IMG/VR virus record: IMGVR_UViG_3300035670_000225
Span: 1 to 60,309 of that record
Strand: one strand, 5' to 3'
Length of the DNA stretch: 60,309 nucleotides
DNA from: a virus
Lineage: Duplodnaviria > Caudoviricetes
Part shown: positions 28,022 through 37,730 of the stretch, in pieces
How the letters are laid out: every line of letters begins with the position of its first letter
Numbering within the stretch: position 1 is the stretch's first letter
The notes under the pieces: model-generated
Seen by the model: the letters and a program-made list of their open reading frames with translations, nothing else
Database searches by the model: none
Told to the model about the DNA's origin: nothing
Position numbers and translations under genes: made by a program

Positions 28022-28726
28022 ATGGCGGAAGGAATCGCTGATGTCTGTGTTTGCGTCTTGTTTTACGGCGCAGAAGACAAACATTTTAAACTTGCCCAAC
28101 GAGTTTTAAATGAACCTATGCGCCGGCTCGCCGAGCGAAATGTCGAATTTCGCTTCGGCTGCAACGCCGTAGGTGCAGCGACAACAAGTTATTTGCTGCA
28201 GCAAATTGCTACGCATTTTCATCGGGCTGTTTTGTTTCACAGCCCAGAAAATATCATGAAGTACCCCATGATGCGGCGTATGCTGCACGAGCCGCCCATT
28301 CGCGCCCCGATTACGATGTGGTTTGACCATGATTCTTATTTGAATTTAAACGCAGACGACAATATCGACGCGTGGCTTGGGCGCGTAATAAAAAACGTTA
28401 ATGGCTGTAACTTTATTGGCTCCGTCTATAAACAGGCGCTTTCTACTGCGCATCTTGATTGGCTGGCCAATCAACCGTGGTTTAACCCTGCTTATGACAA
28501 AAAGTATTTGTCGTATATTGTCGGCGGTTGGTGGACAATCAAAACTGATTTGCTTCGTAAATTTGACTGGCCGCCGCAAGATTTGCAGCAGAAGGGCGGC
28601 GACGCATTACTGGGCGCCATGTTTAAACATCAAGATTTACCGTTTTGTCACTTCCGTGACGGCGTGCGTGTCAATGTAAACGACGCCGGCGTCGAGTCGG
28701 CTGAGCCGAGGACAATCGACTTATGA
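28022..28726 (+). CDS. GT-A-fold glycosyltransferase-like protein
   Basis: WFDHDSY DxD-type motif, GGWW, GGD..LG. Confidence 0.55.
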   Translation: MAEGIADVCVCVLFYGAEDKHFKLAQRVLNEPMRRLAERNVEFRFGCNAVGAATTSYLLQQIATHFHRAVLFHSPENIMKYPMMRRMLHEPPIRAPITMWFDHDSYLNLNADDNIDAWLGRVIKNVNGCNFIGSVYKQALSTAHLDWLANQPWFNPAYDKKYLSYIVGGWWTIKTDLLRKFDWPPQDLQQKGGDALLGAMFKHQDLPFCHFRDGVRVNVNDAGVESAEPRTIDL

Positions 28727-29142
28727 ACGTCGTCACGTCACGCATCGACTTGAAAACAACGCGCGCAAACTGGCCTCGCGACATGGCTTTTGCGCCGGCT
28801 TTAGTCAAGGCAAAACAACCCGGCCAGCCCGAAGACTGGTACGCAATTGACGCGAAACTAGAACTAGATCAACCCCCGAGTTTTGCAGATACCCGCCACG
28901 ATCAGTATTTGCGCGTGCCGTTATTTGAATACGTTTTAAGCCCAGAAGCCGATCTTGCTTTTGCGCATGTTGTGCAACTTGTTTTAAGTTGTGCAGGGTA
29001 TATTGGTCGCCCCATAAAAACGCTGCACATAGTGACAGGAAACCCAGTTGACCTAATCTACGCTGACAGTATAAATACAGCATCAGGCCTACGGTATTGG
29101 TTTGGTATAGCCTTTTCTTTGGAGAGACAACAAAATGTCTGA
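28723..29142 (+). CDS. hypothetical protein
   Basis: ATGA overlap. Confidence 0.7.
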   Translation: MNVVTSRIDLKTTRANWPRDMAFAPALVKAKQPGQPEDWYAIDAKLELDQPPSFADTRHDQYLRVPLFEYVLSPEADLAFAHVVQLVLSCAGYIGRPIKTLHIVTGNPVDLIYADSINTASGLRYWFGIAFSLERQQNV

Positions 29143-29803
29143 AAAACCCACAGTCATTGACGCCGCTTCGGTCCCCACAACCAGCCCTAGCGTCCAGAAC
29201 GTTCCGGTAAAAATCAATACAACACAGATGGAAAAAGTTATCAAAGAAATGGCCGCCAAGTCGATGACGGCCACGACGCTCCCCGGCGTGCAGACCGGGC
29301 AAGGCGCAGGAGCCGAACCCGTCGAGCGAATTAACCCCTCTGTTTTTATTCGAGACATGTCGGCGGACATGGAGCGTCTTTACCAGCGTTTTGAAACGCT
29401 TAAAGTCTTGGCCGCCGAAATCAACGGCCGCGCTACTAATGAGCCACTTCCTCCGCAGGTTATTTTTCGCGGCCTGACTTTAGATTTCGCTATTAGCAAG
29501 GACGATAAGGTTACGGAGCACAGCGTAAAGATGCAGGCGCTCTCCTGCATTGGCGACATCTCGAATCTGATGTCGAACGAGTTTGGCTACATTATCGCCG
29601 CGCTTCGAGAACTCTCGCAGCAAGTAGCCGACCTCGCCCAGAAAACTAATGAACGTTGCACGGCTGCGTTCAAGGACTGGGAGGCGTCGAACAAAGATAA
29701 GCAAATTGTCGGCGCTACGAAGACGGCAACTATCTCGGCCGTTACGACAGACGCGGCCCCACCTTCGTCTGCCCCCGAAAGCATTACTTTGCAGCAGCAA
29801 TGA
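29135..29803 (+). CDS. hypothetical coiled-coil protein
   Basis: 222-aa ORF, SD GGAG. Confidence 0.7.
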   Translation: MSEKPTVIDAASVPTTSPSVQNVPVKINTTQMEKVIKEMAAKSMTATTLPGVQTGQGAGAEPVERINPSVFIRDMSADMERLYQRFETLKVLAAEINGRATNEPLPPQVIFRGLTLDFAISKDDKVTEHSVKMQALSCIGDISNLMSNEFGYIIAALRELSQQVADLAQKTNERCTAAFKDWEASNKDKQIVGATKTATISAVTTDAAPPSSAPESITLQQQ

Positions 29804-30642
29804 CGCTAAAGAAATTTAGTCGAAAACAAGTAATAACTCGCCGCGCTAGATTGGTCGCTGTCCTGACAAACTATGTCGGGCAGCACATCGTCGGCGAGGC
29901 GATCTACGCGATTACTGACGGCTTATGCGCGGCACTGCCTAATACGGTGTCGCGCAACGCCGTTTTTGAGACAATTCGTTTGCTCGCCGGCACGCAGTTA
30001 ACTCAAAAAGGCGCGGCTAAACTTGCGTGGCGTCTGGCGGGAAATATGGACGCGCTCATTGCGGGTAGTCCTGTTCCGCCGTGGACGCGGCAGATGCACG
30101 ATGAAATTGTTCCGGTGTGCGTAGAAAATGTCACGCCAATGCGCCGTAAAGATAAGAACGGCTTTTTGTTTCATTGCCGCGCCCTAGCCGGCACCCCATG
30201 CGCCGAAGTATTTACGCAATTTTTCTCAGCAAATAGTTGTCGCGCAATTTCAAGAGTTGTTGGGTTTTCTACAAACTCTTGGGGTCCGTACCAGTACGCT
30301 GGCATCGGCATGCATTTTGTAAATCTGTTGTTTTTTGCGCACATAGAGGCCGACAAATCACGCGACCGTCCGTTCTTTCGGCGCGTGAGCGTGACGAGTA
30401 GTATGCTGAAGGCGAACAAGGCGCTGCTCGAAGTACGTTGCCGAGTCGCGGCTTGCCCGCAAAATTTTCAACACTCTTGCGTGAACTGCCCCGTCGGCTA
30501 TAACGAGTGCGCATACGCTACGCACCCCAAAACATATTCCGAGTCACATTGCCGTGTTTGCAATAATTTGGCCTTTTTCGATCCGGACAACCCGGCGACA
30601 ATGTGCATAAACTGCTGTAAGGTTGGCCGCCATACGGTATAG
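29800..30642 (+). CDS. hypothetical protein with C-terminal Cys/His cluster
   Basis: C...CP....HSCVNCP.G...C..A.H...HCRVC...CINCC. Confidence 0.75.
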   Translation: MTLKKFSRKQVITRRARLVAVLTNYVGQHIVGEAIYAITDGLCAALPNTVSRNAVFETIRLLAGTQLTQKGAAKLAWRLAGNMDALIAGSPVPPWTRQMHDEIVPVCVENVTPMRRKDKNGFLFHCRALAGTPCAEVFTQFFSANSCRAISRVVGFSTNSWGPYQYAGIGMHFVNLLFFAHIEADKSRDRPFFRRVSVTSSMLKANKALLEVRCRVAACPQNFQHSCVNCPVGYNECAYATHPKTYSESHCRVCNNLAFFDPDNPATMCINCCKVGRHTV

Positions 30643-30666
30643 TTGCGATTGTTCACGGAGGAACAA

Positions 30667-31332
30667 ATGGGCAGTATTGGTTATCGAAACAAGGGCGACA
30701 CCGGCCCGATGTATAATCCCGAGCGGGATTATGCTTACATTACACCCACGCTTATGCGCGTGGCCATTGAGCGGCTCGAAACAAACGAAAGTCAAGAAGT
30801 CAAAGCGTGGCTTGAGCGACTTCAAATTACGTCTGATGAAATTAACGCTGCGGTGTCCGCGCTGGCCAACGCGCAGCGCGATTTTGTAAACGGCGCGGAC
30901 CCGGTCGCAAGTTTCGAGCAGGCGCTTTTCCGGCATAACTTTTACAATTGCCGTTTTGAAGTGCGCCAATTTTTGTTCGCCACGCTGGGCGAAGTATTTT
31001 GCGCGGCGTGGTTTGTCGCTGTGCGCGAAGTTTCTTTGGTGGGAGAAGAGTCGCCGGCGCACACAGATATGGCGCGGTTTTGCGCCGCGGTACGCGAGTT
31101 CGTAAATAAAACGAAAGGCGTCACACACGACGCGTCTTTCATGGCCGAACATTTACGAATGTATCAGGATGTTTTAAACACGCGCATCAAAAAATTGATG
31201 GCCGACGTGCTCGCACAAAACGACGCTATTTCGCGGCGTGATCGCGAGATACAAGATTTAAAAGCCCAATTAGCCGGCGCGCAGGCCTCGTGGTTTTCTA
31301 AGTTGGTTTCGATATTCAGAAAGAAATCGTAA
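30667..31332 (+). CDS. hypothetical protein with C-terminal coiled coil
   Basis: ATG after SD GGAGGA. Confidence 0.7.
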   Translation: MGSIGYRNKGDTGPMYNPERDYAYITPTLMRVAIERLETNESQEVKAWLERLQITSDEINAAVSALANAQRDFVNGADPVASFEQALFRHNFYNCRFEVRQFLFATLGEVFCAAWFVAVREVSLVGEESPAHTDMARFCAAVREFVNKTKGVTHDASFMAEHLRMYQDVLNTRIKKLMADVLAQNDAISRRDREIQDLKAQLAGAQASWFSKLVSIFRKKS

Positions 31333-31970
31333 TGCCCAAATACAGAATGTATAAAGACCCCGAGGCCTTTGCGCCGAAAGTGGGTCCGTGCCCGGCCGGG
31401 TCTACGAGATTCTTGGGTCTCGACCTAGGCAGTAATTGCGGCGTAGCGGTATACGACTACACTCCCGGCAAAAAGTTACTCCAAGAAAAGTTGCAATTGT
31501 TTCAGTGGGACCTATCGCCGCAGGGCTTAGAATCTGGTGCGGCACGTTTTGTTCGACTTCGCGCGTTTCTGAACGTTACAAAGCCTGAAGTCGTTGGTTA
31601 CGAGGACGTAAAATACTCGCCGCCAAAAGAGTTTTTTGTCAACAAAAAGTTCGGCATTCCGGCCGTGTTGTCTCGCGTAGCGACCGCGTCAGAAGTGCTC
31701 GGTGGCATGAAGGTTACCGTAGCGACGTGGGCAGAAGAGCATAACCTGATATCAAATGGTTACGCAATTTCAACGATTAAGAAGTACGCCACAGGAAATG
31801 GCAAGGCGAGCAAAGAAGAAATGATTATTGCCGCCAATAAATCGTTGGGCGCAGCATTTGATACGAGCAAATATAAATCGACAGGAATTGACAACGTTGT
31901 CGACGCGGCTTTTGTTTTGCTGCTTCTGATACAAAAAGTTCATGCCGGCATGCCTTTGCCCAAAAAGTGA
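31332..31970 (+). CDS. ruvC: RuvC-like Holliday junction resolvase
   Basis: LGLDLG, GYED, IKKYATGNGKASKEEM, DNVVDA. Confidence 0.88.
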   Translation: MPKYRMYKDPEAFAPKVGPCPAGSTRFLGLDLGSNCGVAVYDYTPGKKLLQEKLQLFQWDLSPQGLESGAARFVRLRAFLNVTKPEVVGYEDVKYSPPKEFFVNKKFGIPAVLSRVATASEVLGGMKVTVATWAEEHNLISNGYAISTIKKYATGNGKASKEEMIIAANKSLGAAFDTSKYKSTGIDNVVDAAFVLLLLIQKVHAGMPLPKK

Positions 31971-31973
31971 ATC

Positions 31974-32618
31974 ATGGCTCCTCCTGCGCCATTTACGCGT
32001 GTTGACGCGATTACGAACGCGGACGAGATCGCCGCGCGGTCGTGCTCTGAATCCCTGCGCGGTTTAAACCGTCAAATATCTTTATTTACTCCGGCGCTGC
32101 TTATTACTTCAGGCAGGTTCGATCGCGATCCGGTAATAGAGTTTGACGCGCGGTTTCCAGCAGAGTCCGCCGATCTTCGGCCGTTTTGCATCGACTTGAA
32201 GCCCACGACAGACGAATTGTTTTTTTCTGGGCTTGGCGTGCGGGCTATTCCGGGGCGACCGCGGCCAGTCAACTGGGATAAACGGCTGTACGGGATCGCG
32301 CAAACACGAGAAGAAGAATGTTTTGCGTTTTTGTCGGGCATCGCATTCTCCGACGCTAAGACCGGATATTTTGCGAGCACCTTTGCGTACGACCTGACAA
32401 TACCTGATCCGACATCGCGGTTTAACGAGATGCTGCCCGTAAAAGTGTTTGGTGTCATTTCAAACCAATTTATCGCAATGCTTGAGCGGCGAGTCACAGG
32501 CCCCGCAGTTGTTCGCCACGTTCCGGTTCCAAATGAAACTGCCGCATTAAACTTTTTGCAGCAAAACGGCATTTTAAGTTCGTTTAACGGAAACGACCCC
32601 CTTATCATATGTGAGTGA
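31974..32618 (+). CDS. hypothetical protein
   Basis: 214-aa ORF. Confidence 0.7.
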   Translation: MAPPAPFTRVDAITNADEIAARSCSESLRGLNRQISLFTPALLITSGRFDRDPVIEFDARFPAESADLRPFCIDLKPTTDELFFSGLGVRAIPGRPRPVNWDKRLYGIAQTREEECFAFLSGIAFSDAKTGYFASTFAYDLTIPDPTSRFNEMLPVKVFGVISNQFIAMLERRVTGPAVVRHVPVPNETAALNFLQQNGILSSFNGNDPLIICE

Positions 32619-33033
32619 CATGTCTGATACGCCGCCGCCTGCTAACTTGTTTCACGCTGTCATACTTCAACATGACGGCGAGTTTTTAATGGAATCATTT
32701 GCGTCCGCAGAAGAACTAGCCGCAAAATTAAAAACGCTCATTAACCGCGACGTTTCTGTGGCTTGCTATCAAGGTGTGCGACTAAACATATCGAAACCAC
32801 CGTTGCGCCACCTGATGACGCCAGACGGCAATATTCCGTTGTTTGACGCCCCGCAAACAATTGAACCCGATGACACGGGTTATCTTGGTGTCGACCCTGC
32901 GCATTTAGAAGAGCCGCCTCAACTTGGCGGCCCGGCGCAAAAAGTCGGAGCGGTGCCGGACGAGTTTTTCTCGGACGACGATGGCGAAGCAATTAATATT
33001 TTTGACAGCGCGCTCCCCGATCCAGACAACTAA
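32611..33033 (+). CDS. hypothetical acidic protein
   Basis: 140-aa ORF. Confidence 0.7.
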   Translation: MSDMSDTPPPANLFHAVILQHDGEFLMESFASAEELAAKLKTLINRDVSVACYQGVRLNISKPPLRHLMTPDGNIPLFDAPQTIEPDDTGYLGVDPAHLEEPPQLGGPAQKVGAVPDEFFSDDDGEAINIFDSALPDPDN

Positions 33034-33069
33034 ATTTTGAGCAAAAACGCGGCATATTTACAGCACCCC
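33031..33069 (+). promoter_or_regulatory. conserved 39-bp intergenic motif, copy 1 (putative phage promoter/operator)
   Basis: TAAATTTTnnnCAAAAACnnGGCATATTnnnAGCACCCC; 31/39 ungapped identity to 59080-59118. Confidence 0.7.
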
Positions 33070-33105
33070 TGTTTTGTTTAGGGCGTGCTAGTAAACGAGG
33101 GCTTT

Positions 33106-33291
33106 ATGCGTGTTGTTTTATTTCGCGGCGCCGCGGTCAAGCGGCAGCGAAAAATCGGAGACGATAAGATTTTGCTTGTGTTCTATTCTCGCCCGCCGAT
33201 AGTGGTTACGCCGCAGGAGTGGGAATCAGAAAAGCAAAATATGTATTACGACGCCAGCGTCCGACGACGCGACATTGTCCGCAGCCTATAA
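33106..33291 (+). CDS. small hypothetical protein
   Basis: ATG after GAGGG. Confidence 0.55.
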   Translation: MRVVLFRGAAVKRQRKIGDDKILLVFYSRPPIVVTPQEWESEKQNMYYDASVRRRDIVRSL

Positions 33292-33300
33292 AGGACTTTT

Positions 33301-34359
33301 ATGTCTATTGCAGCAGAAAACACGAACATTGGTGCCTCCCCCAAGGTAACCGCGGTTATGGCTCAGCAGCGCCGCCTGCTGAAACGGTGGGACGCCGTTT
33401 CTCATTATCTGGCCGGCGTTTGTACCGGCCTGTATCTGCCCGGCATTGATCAGACGTTTGATAAGCCTATTCGGCGCGTGTCTGGTCGCCGGCCGCCCCT
33501 GCTCGTTCTTGAAGGCGATGGGCTGAACCTTACCGGGTCTATCAGCCGACCACAAAATAACAAACTGGTATACACCCCAATCTTCAGTTATGACTTGACG
33601 ATGCCCTACACGCCCCGCGGCGGCGGTCGCGTGTTGCCGGCCAACAATCTGGTCTTAGCGCGCCGCGCAAACGAATTGCTGGCTGCTTTGGTTGCATACG
33701 GTCACCGAGTCGCAAACGACGCCCACGATGAACTGCCGGTTTTTGTGTTTCCGCAGGCTCTGCGGGACATGAGCGGAAAAATTGTGGCGGAAGATTACAC
33801 GCCTGTGCTGGGTTTTGAAACAGACAACCCGGCCGCGGCGATGGAGACGGTGTATATCAAGCATCCAAATCCGGCTCCCAAGATTTTGGCGCGTCACGGC
33901 ATCGAGTTTCCGATGTCCTTAACGCCCAGCGAACTCGACGATTTAGTTATTGAGTTTCGCGCTGAGTTCAATGACGCAGACATTGATTGGGGCATTGCAG
34001 TAGACGCGATTTTATTTCAGCGTCCGTACTGCTCGTTCTCGGTTCCGCTGGCTGAGGCGCTTTCCTCCGCGCCGGACGCCGTCGTTTCGGCTATGCGCGG
34101 GGAGTTGCGTGATAAGCATCAGTGGGAAGCGTCTTACGCAGACTTGCTGTGTGCGGCGCAAAACCCCGGGCAAATGCTGCGCATAAGCCGGCTGTCGGCG
34201 ATGCAGACTTTTCCCGTAGAAAGCGCGCAGGAGATGCCCGAAGACTATGCCGGCACGGTACTGGCCCCAGTTGACTGGACCCCGCCGCCCGGCGCGGCGG
34301 GGTCTTTTGGGGCCTCAACACCGGCGGCGCCACGAGCGCCGACAACTGCTGCCGCCTAA
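33301..34359 (+). CDS. hypothetical protein
   Basis: 352 aa, SD AAGGA. Confidence 0.75.
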   Translation: MSIAAENTNIGASPKVTAVMAQQRRLLKRWDAVSHYLAGVCTGLYLPGIDQTFDKPIRRVSGRRPPLLVLEGDGLNLTGSISRPQNNKLVYTPIFSYDLTMPYTPRGGGRVLPANNLVLARRANELLAALVAYGHRVANDAHDELPVFVFPQALRDMSGKIVAEDYTPVLGFETDNPAAAMETVYIKHPNPAPKILARHGIEFPMSLTPSELDDLVIEFRAEFNDADIDWGIAVDAILFQRPYCSFSVPLAEALSSAPDAVVSAMRGELRDKHQWEASYADLLCAAQNPGQMLRISRLSAMQTFPVESAQEMPEDYAGTVLAPVDWTPPPGAAGSFGASTPAAPRAPTTAAA

Positions 34360-34376
34360 ACCGCGTACATGTAAAC

Positions 34377-34658
34377 ATGCGCTATTTTTTAAAGCCTGAA
34401 AAACCAATTTTAGCGTGGTTGCTCGATTGCGACGCATATCCACGCATAATTCCTATCTTCCCTCAAGAAGATAGTTCAGGCTTAGTAGTGGCGCATTTAC
34501 TTTCGGGCGGGGTGTTTGCTGAGGTCATTACAGGCCCGAAACACGTCGCCGAAGTGTGCGGTACAGGCGTTCCGCTTGGCAGACTGTATTTTCAGATTCC
34601 CAAAAGTCTGCTATACAGTGTGTGTGACGGCCTCGGCCCCGAGAACTTTGGGGGTTAG
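34377..34658 (+). CDS. hypothetical protein
   Basis: 93 aa, followed by a terminator. Confidence 0.6.
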   Translation: MRYFLKPEKPILAWLLDCDAYPRIIPIFPQEDSSGLVVAHLLSGGVFAEVITGPKHVAEVCGTGVPLGRLYFQIPKSLLYSVCDGLGPENFGG

Positions 34659-34684
34659 CGCTACGCAGCGCGCCCCCTTTTTTT
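34650..34684 (+). terminator. rho-independent terminator
   Basis: GGGGG..GCGCT-acgc-AGCGC.CCCCC followed by T7. Confidence 0.7.
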
Positions 34685-34700
34685 AGATATCAGAGCGCAC

Positions 34701-35624
34701 ATGTACAAAGACCCTTCTGAAATTCAGATGGAAAACGGCCGCACAATGGCCGATTACATGCGCCGCGGGCCGGCGGGTCTGCGCGGTGTCGTCGTGGGCA
34801 AAGCCACAGCCGGCGGAACCCCGGTTAACTACGATCCGCACGACATGTCGAAAGTGCGAATAAATATCATTGACCCGACCGGTAAAAACACAACAGACAT
34901 TTCGTTAAGTGAGTTTACACCAGATCGTTTAAACGCCGCGATGGCCAAAGCCAGCGAAACTATTGCTGGGGACGATATCGAATCTATCCGGGAGCGGGCT
35001 GCTATGGTTTTTGAAGAAATGGCAAATATGGCGAAGTCAGGCGTGCAGCGCGTGCCGAGCAAGCGCACAAACGCGCTCCCGGCGCCGCTTCCGCCCCCGG
35101 AAGAGGATGAAATTGTTAACGAACTAGAAGAAGAAATTCAACAAACTTTTGCGCCCGCGCCGAGTAGCCCGCCAATTGAAAAAATAGACCGTAATTACAG
35201 TCCTATGGCGGCATTTGGTTTGAAGAAAAAAACAACGGCTCCTATGCAAAACGCGGTCGCCTCTACCGGCGGACACGCGCAACGAGTTGGTCCGCCACAA
35301 AAGTTAGTGTATTTCGAGAAAGAGGGCATCGGGACGGTGCCGGCGTTTTTTCATGACGTTATTGTGTCCCTTACCGCTACGGACGAATACGGCCTAGAAG
35401 AAAGCGGGTTTTTAGTTTTAGTTTACGATTTACGCTTCGAGCAGAATGCCGCGCGCTGGTTTCCTCCCGCAAATGACCCGTATAACCGCCCGTGGGCCGC
35501 TCAAATTAGTGACGATCGGCGGCTGTACCTTGTGCATACGACCGGATTTCAGTATGTTTATGATAGCCGTGAATACTGTATTTTAATGGTAGAAAAGGCC
35601 GTGACCTCGACAGGGCTGGAATGA
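34701..35624 (+). CDS. hypothetical protein
   Basis: 307 aa with Pro-rich linker. Confidence 0.75.
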   Translation: MYKDPSEIQMENGRTMADYMRRGPAGLRGVVVGKATAGGTPVNYDPHDMSKVRINIIDPTGKNTTDISLSEFTPDRLNAAMAKASETIAGDDIESIRERAAMVFEEMANMAKSGVQRVPSKRTNALPAPLPPPEEDEIVNELEEEIQQTFAPAPSSPPIEKIDRNYSPMAAFGLKKKTTAPMQNAVASTGGHAQRVGPPQKLVYFEKEGIGTVPAFFHDVIVSLTATDEYGLEESGFLVLVYDLRFEQNAARWFPPANDPYNRPWAAQISDDRRLYLVHTTGFQYVYDSREYCILMVEKAVTSTGLE

Positions 35625-35785
35625 TGGAGAAACACGGTGTTATCAAATCCGGCATTACTCCGCCGGAGCAAGAGCCAGAAAAAACCGCGGCACATGTAGA
35701 TAGCGAAAAGCCGACGGTTGCTGAACTCGATAACGATTTTCGTAAACGGGCTGCGGAAGCGGCGCGTAACACCTGCCAGAAATAG
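35621..35785 (+). CDS. small hypothetical protein (54 aa, not in ORF track)
   Basis: MMEKHGVIKSG...NTCQK; ATGA overlap; fills the gap before the portal. Confidence 0.55.
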   Translation: MMEKHGVIKSGITPPEQEPEKTAAHVDSEKPTVAELDNDFRKRAAEAARNTCQK

Positions 35786-35793
35786 GTGCTGCT

Positions 35794-37728
35794 TTGGCGC
35801 TCGCTCCGTCCGTAGAAATGGGCTACAACTCGCTGGGCAAGGGGGTTACTGCTGACGAGCGGTTTCCGGACCCGTTCTGCGACATCGCCAGCCTCTCTAT
35901 GCCTGAAAGTATTCAGACAGCCCTGCGCTGGACTGAGTATGTCATGAACGCTAACGGGCCTTACCGGCAGGCTATCGATCGCGTGGTTTCGTACTTCATC
36001 ACCGACGTTGAAATTTACGACATTGGCGAGAATACAACTGGTCGCGAAGAAAAAGAAAAATTTCGTGTGTTTCTTGATGACACGCTGAGCATTAAGAATA
36101 CGCTGCACAGTATCGGGCTGGACTACATGGCGTACGGCAACTCGTTCACGAGTTTGCTTGTTCCGTTCCGCCGCTACTTGTCGTGCAAAAAATGCGGCCT
36201 CGAAATGCCGTTAGAAAAAGTGCACAATTCGCCGCAGTGCGCTTTTAAGTGGCAAAACTTTGAGTTTCACGCCACCTGCCCGAAATGCAAAGCGACCGGT
36301 GAGTGGCGGCATATCGACCGCCGCAGCGGCGACAACGATCAGATGCACGTGAAAAGATGGAGCCCGCACGAAATTGATATTTTGTGGGACCCATACACTG
36401 ACGAATGCTCGTACGTTTGGAAAATTCCGCAAGACTACCGCACGCTAATTAAAAACGGTCACCTGCACCATCTTGAGCGAGCCAGTTGGGAAGTTATTCA
36501 GGCAATTAAAAACGAACAGAATTTGATGTTCGATAAGGGCGTTATTTACCACCTCAAAGAAGATGCCCTCGCTGGTATGCGCAACCGTGGCTGGGGTATT
36601 TCACGCGTGCTGACAAATTTTAGGCAGGCGTGGTATTACCAGATTTTGCATAGGTACAATGAAGCCGTCGCCCTCGATTACGTAATTCCTTTTCGCGTAA
36701 TTACGCCGGCGCCCCGCGGCGGTGACAACCAGTCGTCTGACCCCGTTCATACGATTAATTTGTCGAATTTTACGGCGCGCGTTAACTCAATGCTACGCGC
36801 GCGGCGAACCGATCCGGCGCGCTGGAATGTGCTTCCGTTCCCCGTAAACTATCAGGCGCTCGGCGGCGACGCGAGCCAGTTAGCGCCGCGAGACCTTTTA
36901 GATCAGGGTCTCGAAACGTTATTGAAGTGCATCGGAATGCCCGTTGAGTTATTTAACGGCACGCTGCAACTTCAGGCCGCGCCAGCGGCGCTTCGTTTGT
37001 TTGAGGCAAATTGGAGCCACCTGCCGCACAACATGAATCGCTTTCTCACCGACTTGGCCGCGAACATAGCCAAGATTATGTCGTGGGAGCCGGTCGGGGC
37101 GAAGTTGATGCGCGTCACTCATGCTGACGACCTCAACAGGCAGATGGCGAAACTGCAACTTATGCAGGGGCAGCAAATCAGTAAGACTACAGGTCTGGCC
37201 AGTGTCGGTTTGGATTATGAGGAAGAAACCAAACGTATGCTGGAAGAAGAGCGCATTTATGCCGAAGAGCAAGAGCGCATGCAAAAAGAAATGGAACAGG
37301 CGCAGACGATGAAAGACCTGTCCCAGCAAACCGAGATGATGGGCGGCGTTGGTCAGGCCGGCGCGGGCGCAACCGGTATGCCGCCCGCGGGCGCGCCAGC
37401 GCCGGCGCAAGGCGCGGCCCCGCCCGGTATGCCAATGCCCGGCCAGCCGACTGCCGTAGATCAGTTCCTAATGCAGCGACAAAACTCGGGTAGTATTCCG
37501 CGCACGCCAGAAGACCTGCAGCAGCAAGCCCAACTTATTGCTAACCAACTATTGTCGTTACCGGAGTCGCAAAAAGACTCTGAACTTATCAAACTTAAGC
37601 GCGGCGACAATACTATGCACGCGCTCGTCACAAGCATTATTGACGACATCAGGCAGCAGGCTCGATCGCAGGGCGGCGCCATGGTTATGCAGCAGCAATA
37701 TGGTCAACCGGCTCCCGCAGGCGGGTAA
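35794..37728 (+). CDS. probable portal protein with zinc-ribbon insertion and Gln/Pro/Met-rich tail
   Basis: YRQAIDRVVSY...IGLDYMAYGNSF portal-like helices; IYHLK...GWG; inserted CKKC...CPKC. Confidence 0.6.
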   Translation: MALAPSVEMGYNSLGKGVTADERFPDPFCDIASLSMPESIQTALRWTEYVMNANGPYRQAIDRVVSYFITDVEIYDIGENTTGREEKEKFRVFLDDTLSIKNTLHSIGLDYMAYGNSFTSLLVPFRRYLSCKKCGLEMPLEKVHNSPQCAFKWQNFEFHATCPKCKATGEWRHIDRRSGDNDQMHVKRWSPHEIDILWDPYTDECSYVWKIPQDYRTLIKNGHLHHLERASWEVIQAIKNEQNLMFDKGVIYHLKEDALAGMRNRGWGISRVLTNFRQAWYYQILHRYNEAVALDYVIPFRVITPAPRGGDNQSSDPVHTINLSNFTARVNSMLRARRTDPARWNVLPFPVNYQALGGDASQLAPRDLLDQGLETLLKCIGMPVELFNGTLQLQAAPAALRLFEANWSHLPHNMNRFLTDLAANIAKIMSWEPVGAKLMRVTHADDLNRQMAKLQLMQGQQISKTTGLASVGLDYEEETKRMLEEERIYAEEQERMQKEMEQAQTMKDLSQQTEMMGGVGQAGAGATGMPPAGAPAPAQGAAPPGMPMPGQPTAVDQFLMQRQNSGSIPRTPEDLQQQAQLIANQLLSLPESQKDSELIKLKRGDNTMHALVTSIIDDIRQQARSQGGAMVMQQQYGQPAPAGG

Positions 37729-37730
37729 AA

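Noticed and set aside
30640-30669. TAG recoding joining 29800-30642 to the next ORF
   Set aside because: The downstream gene has its own SD (GGAGGA) and ATG at 30667, and conserved genes are not interrupted by TAG, so code 11 fits.
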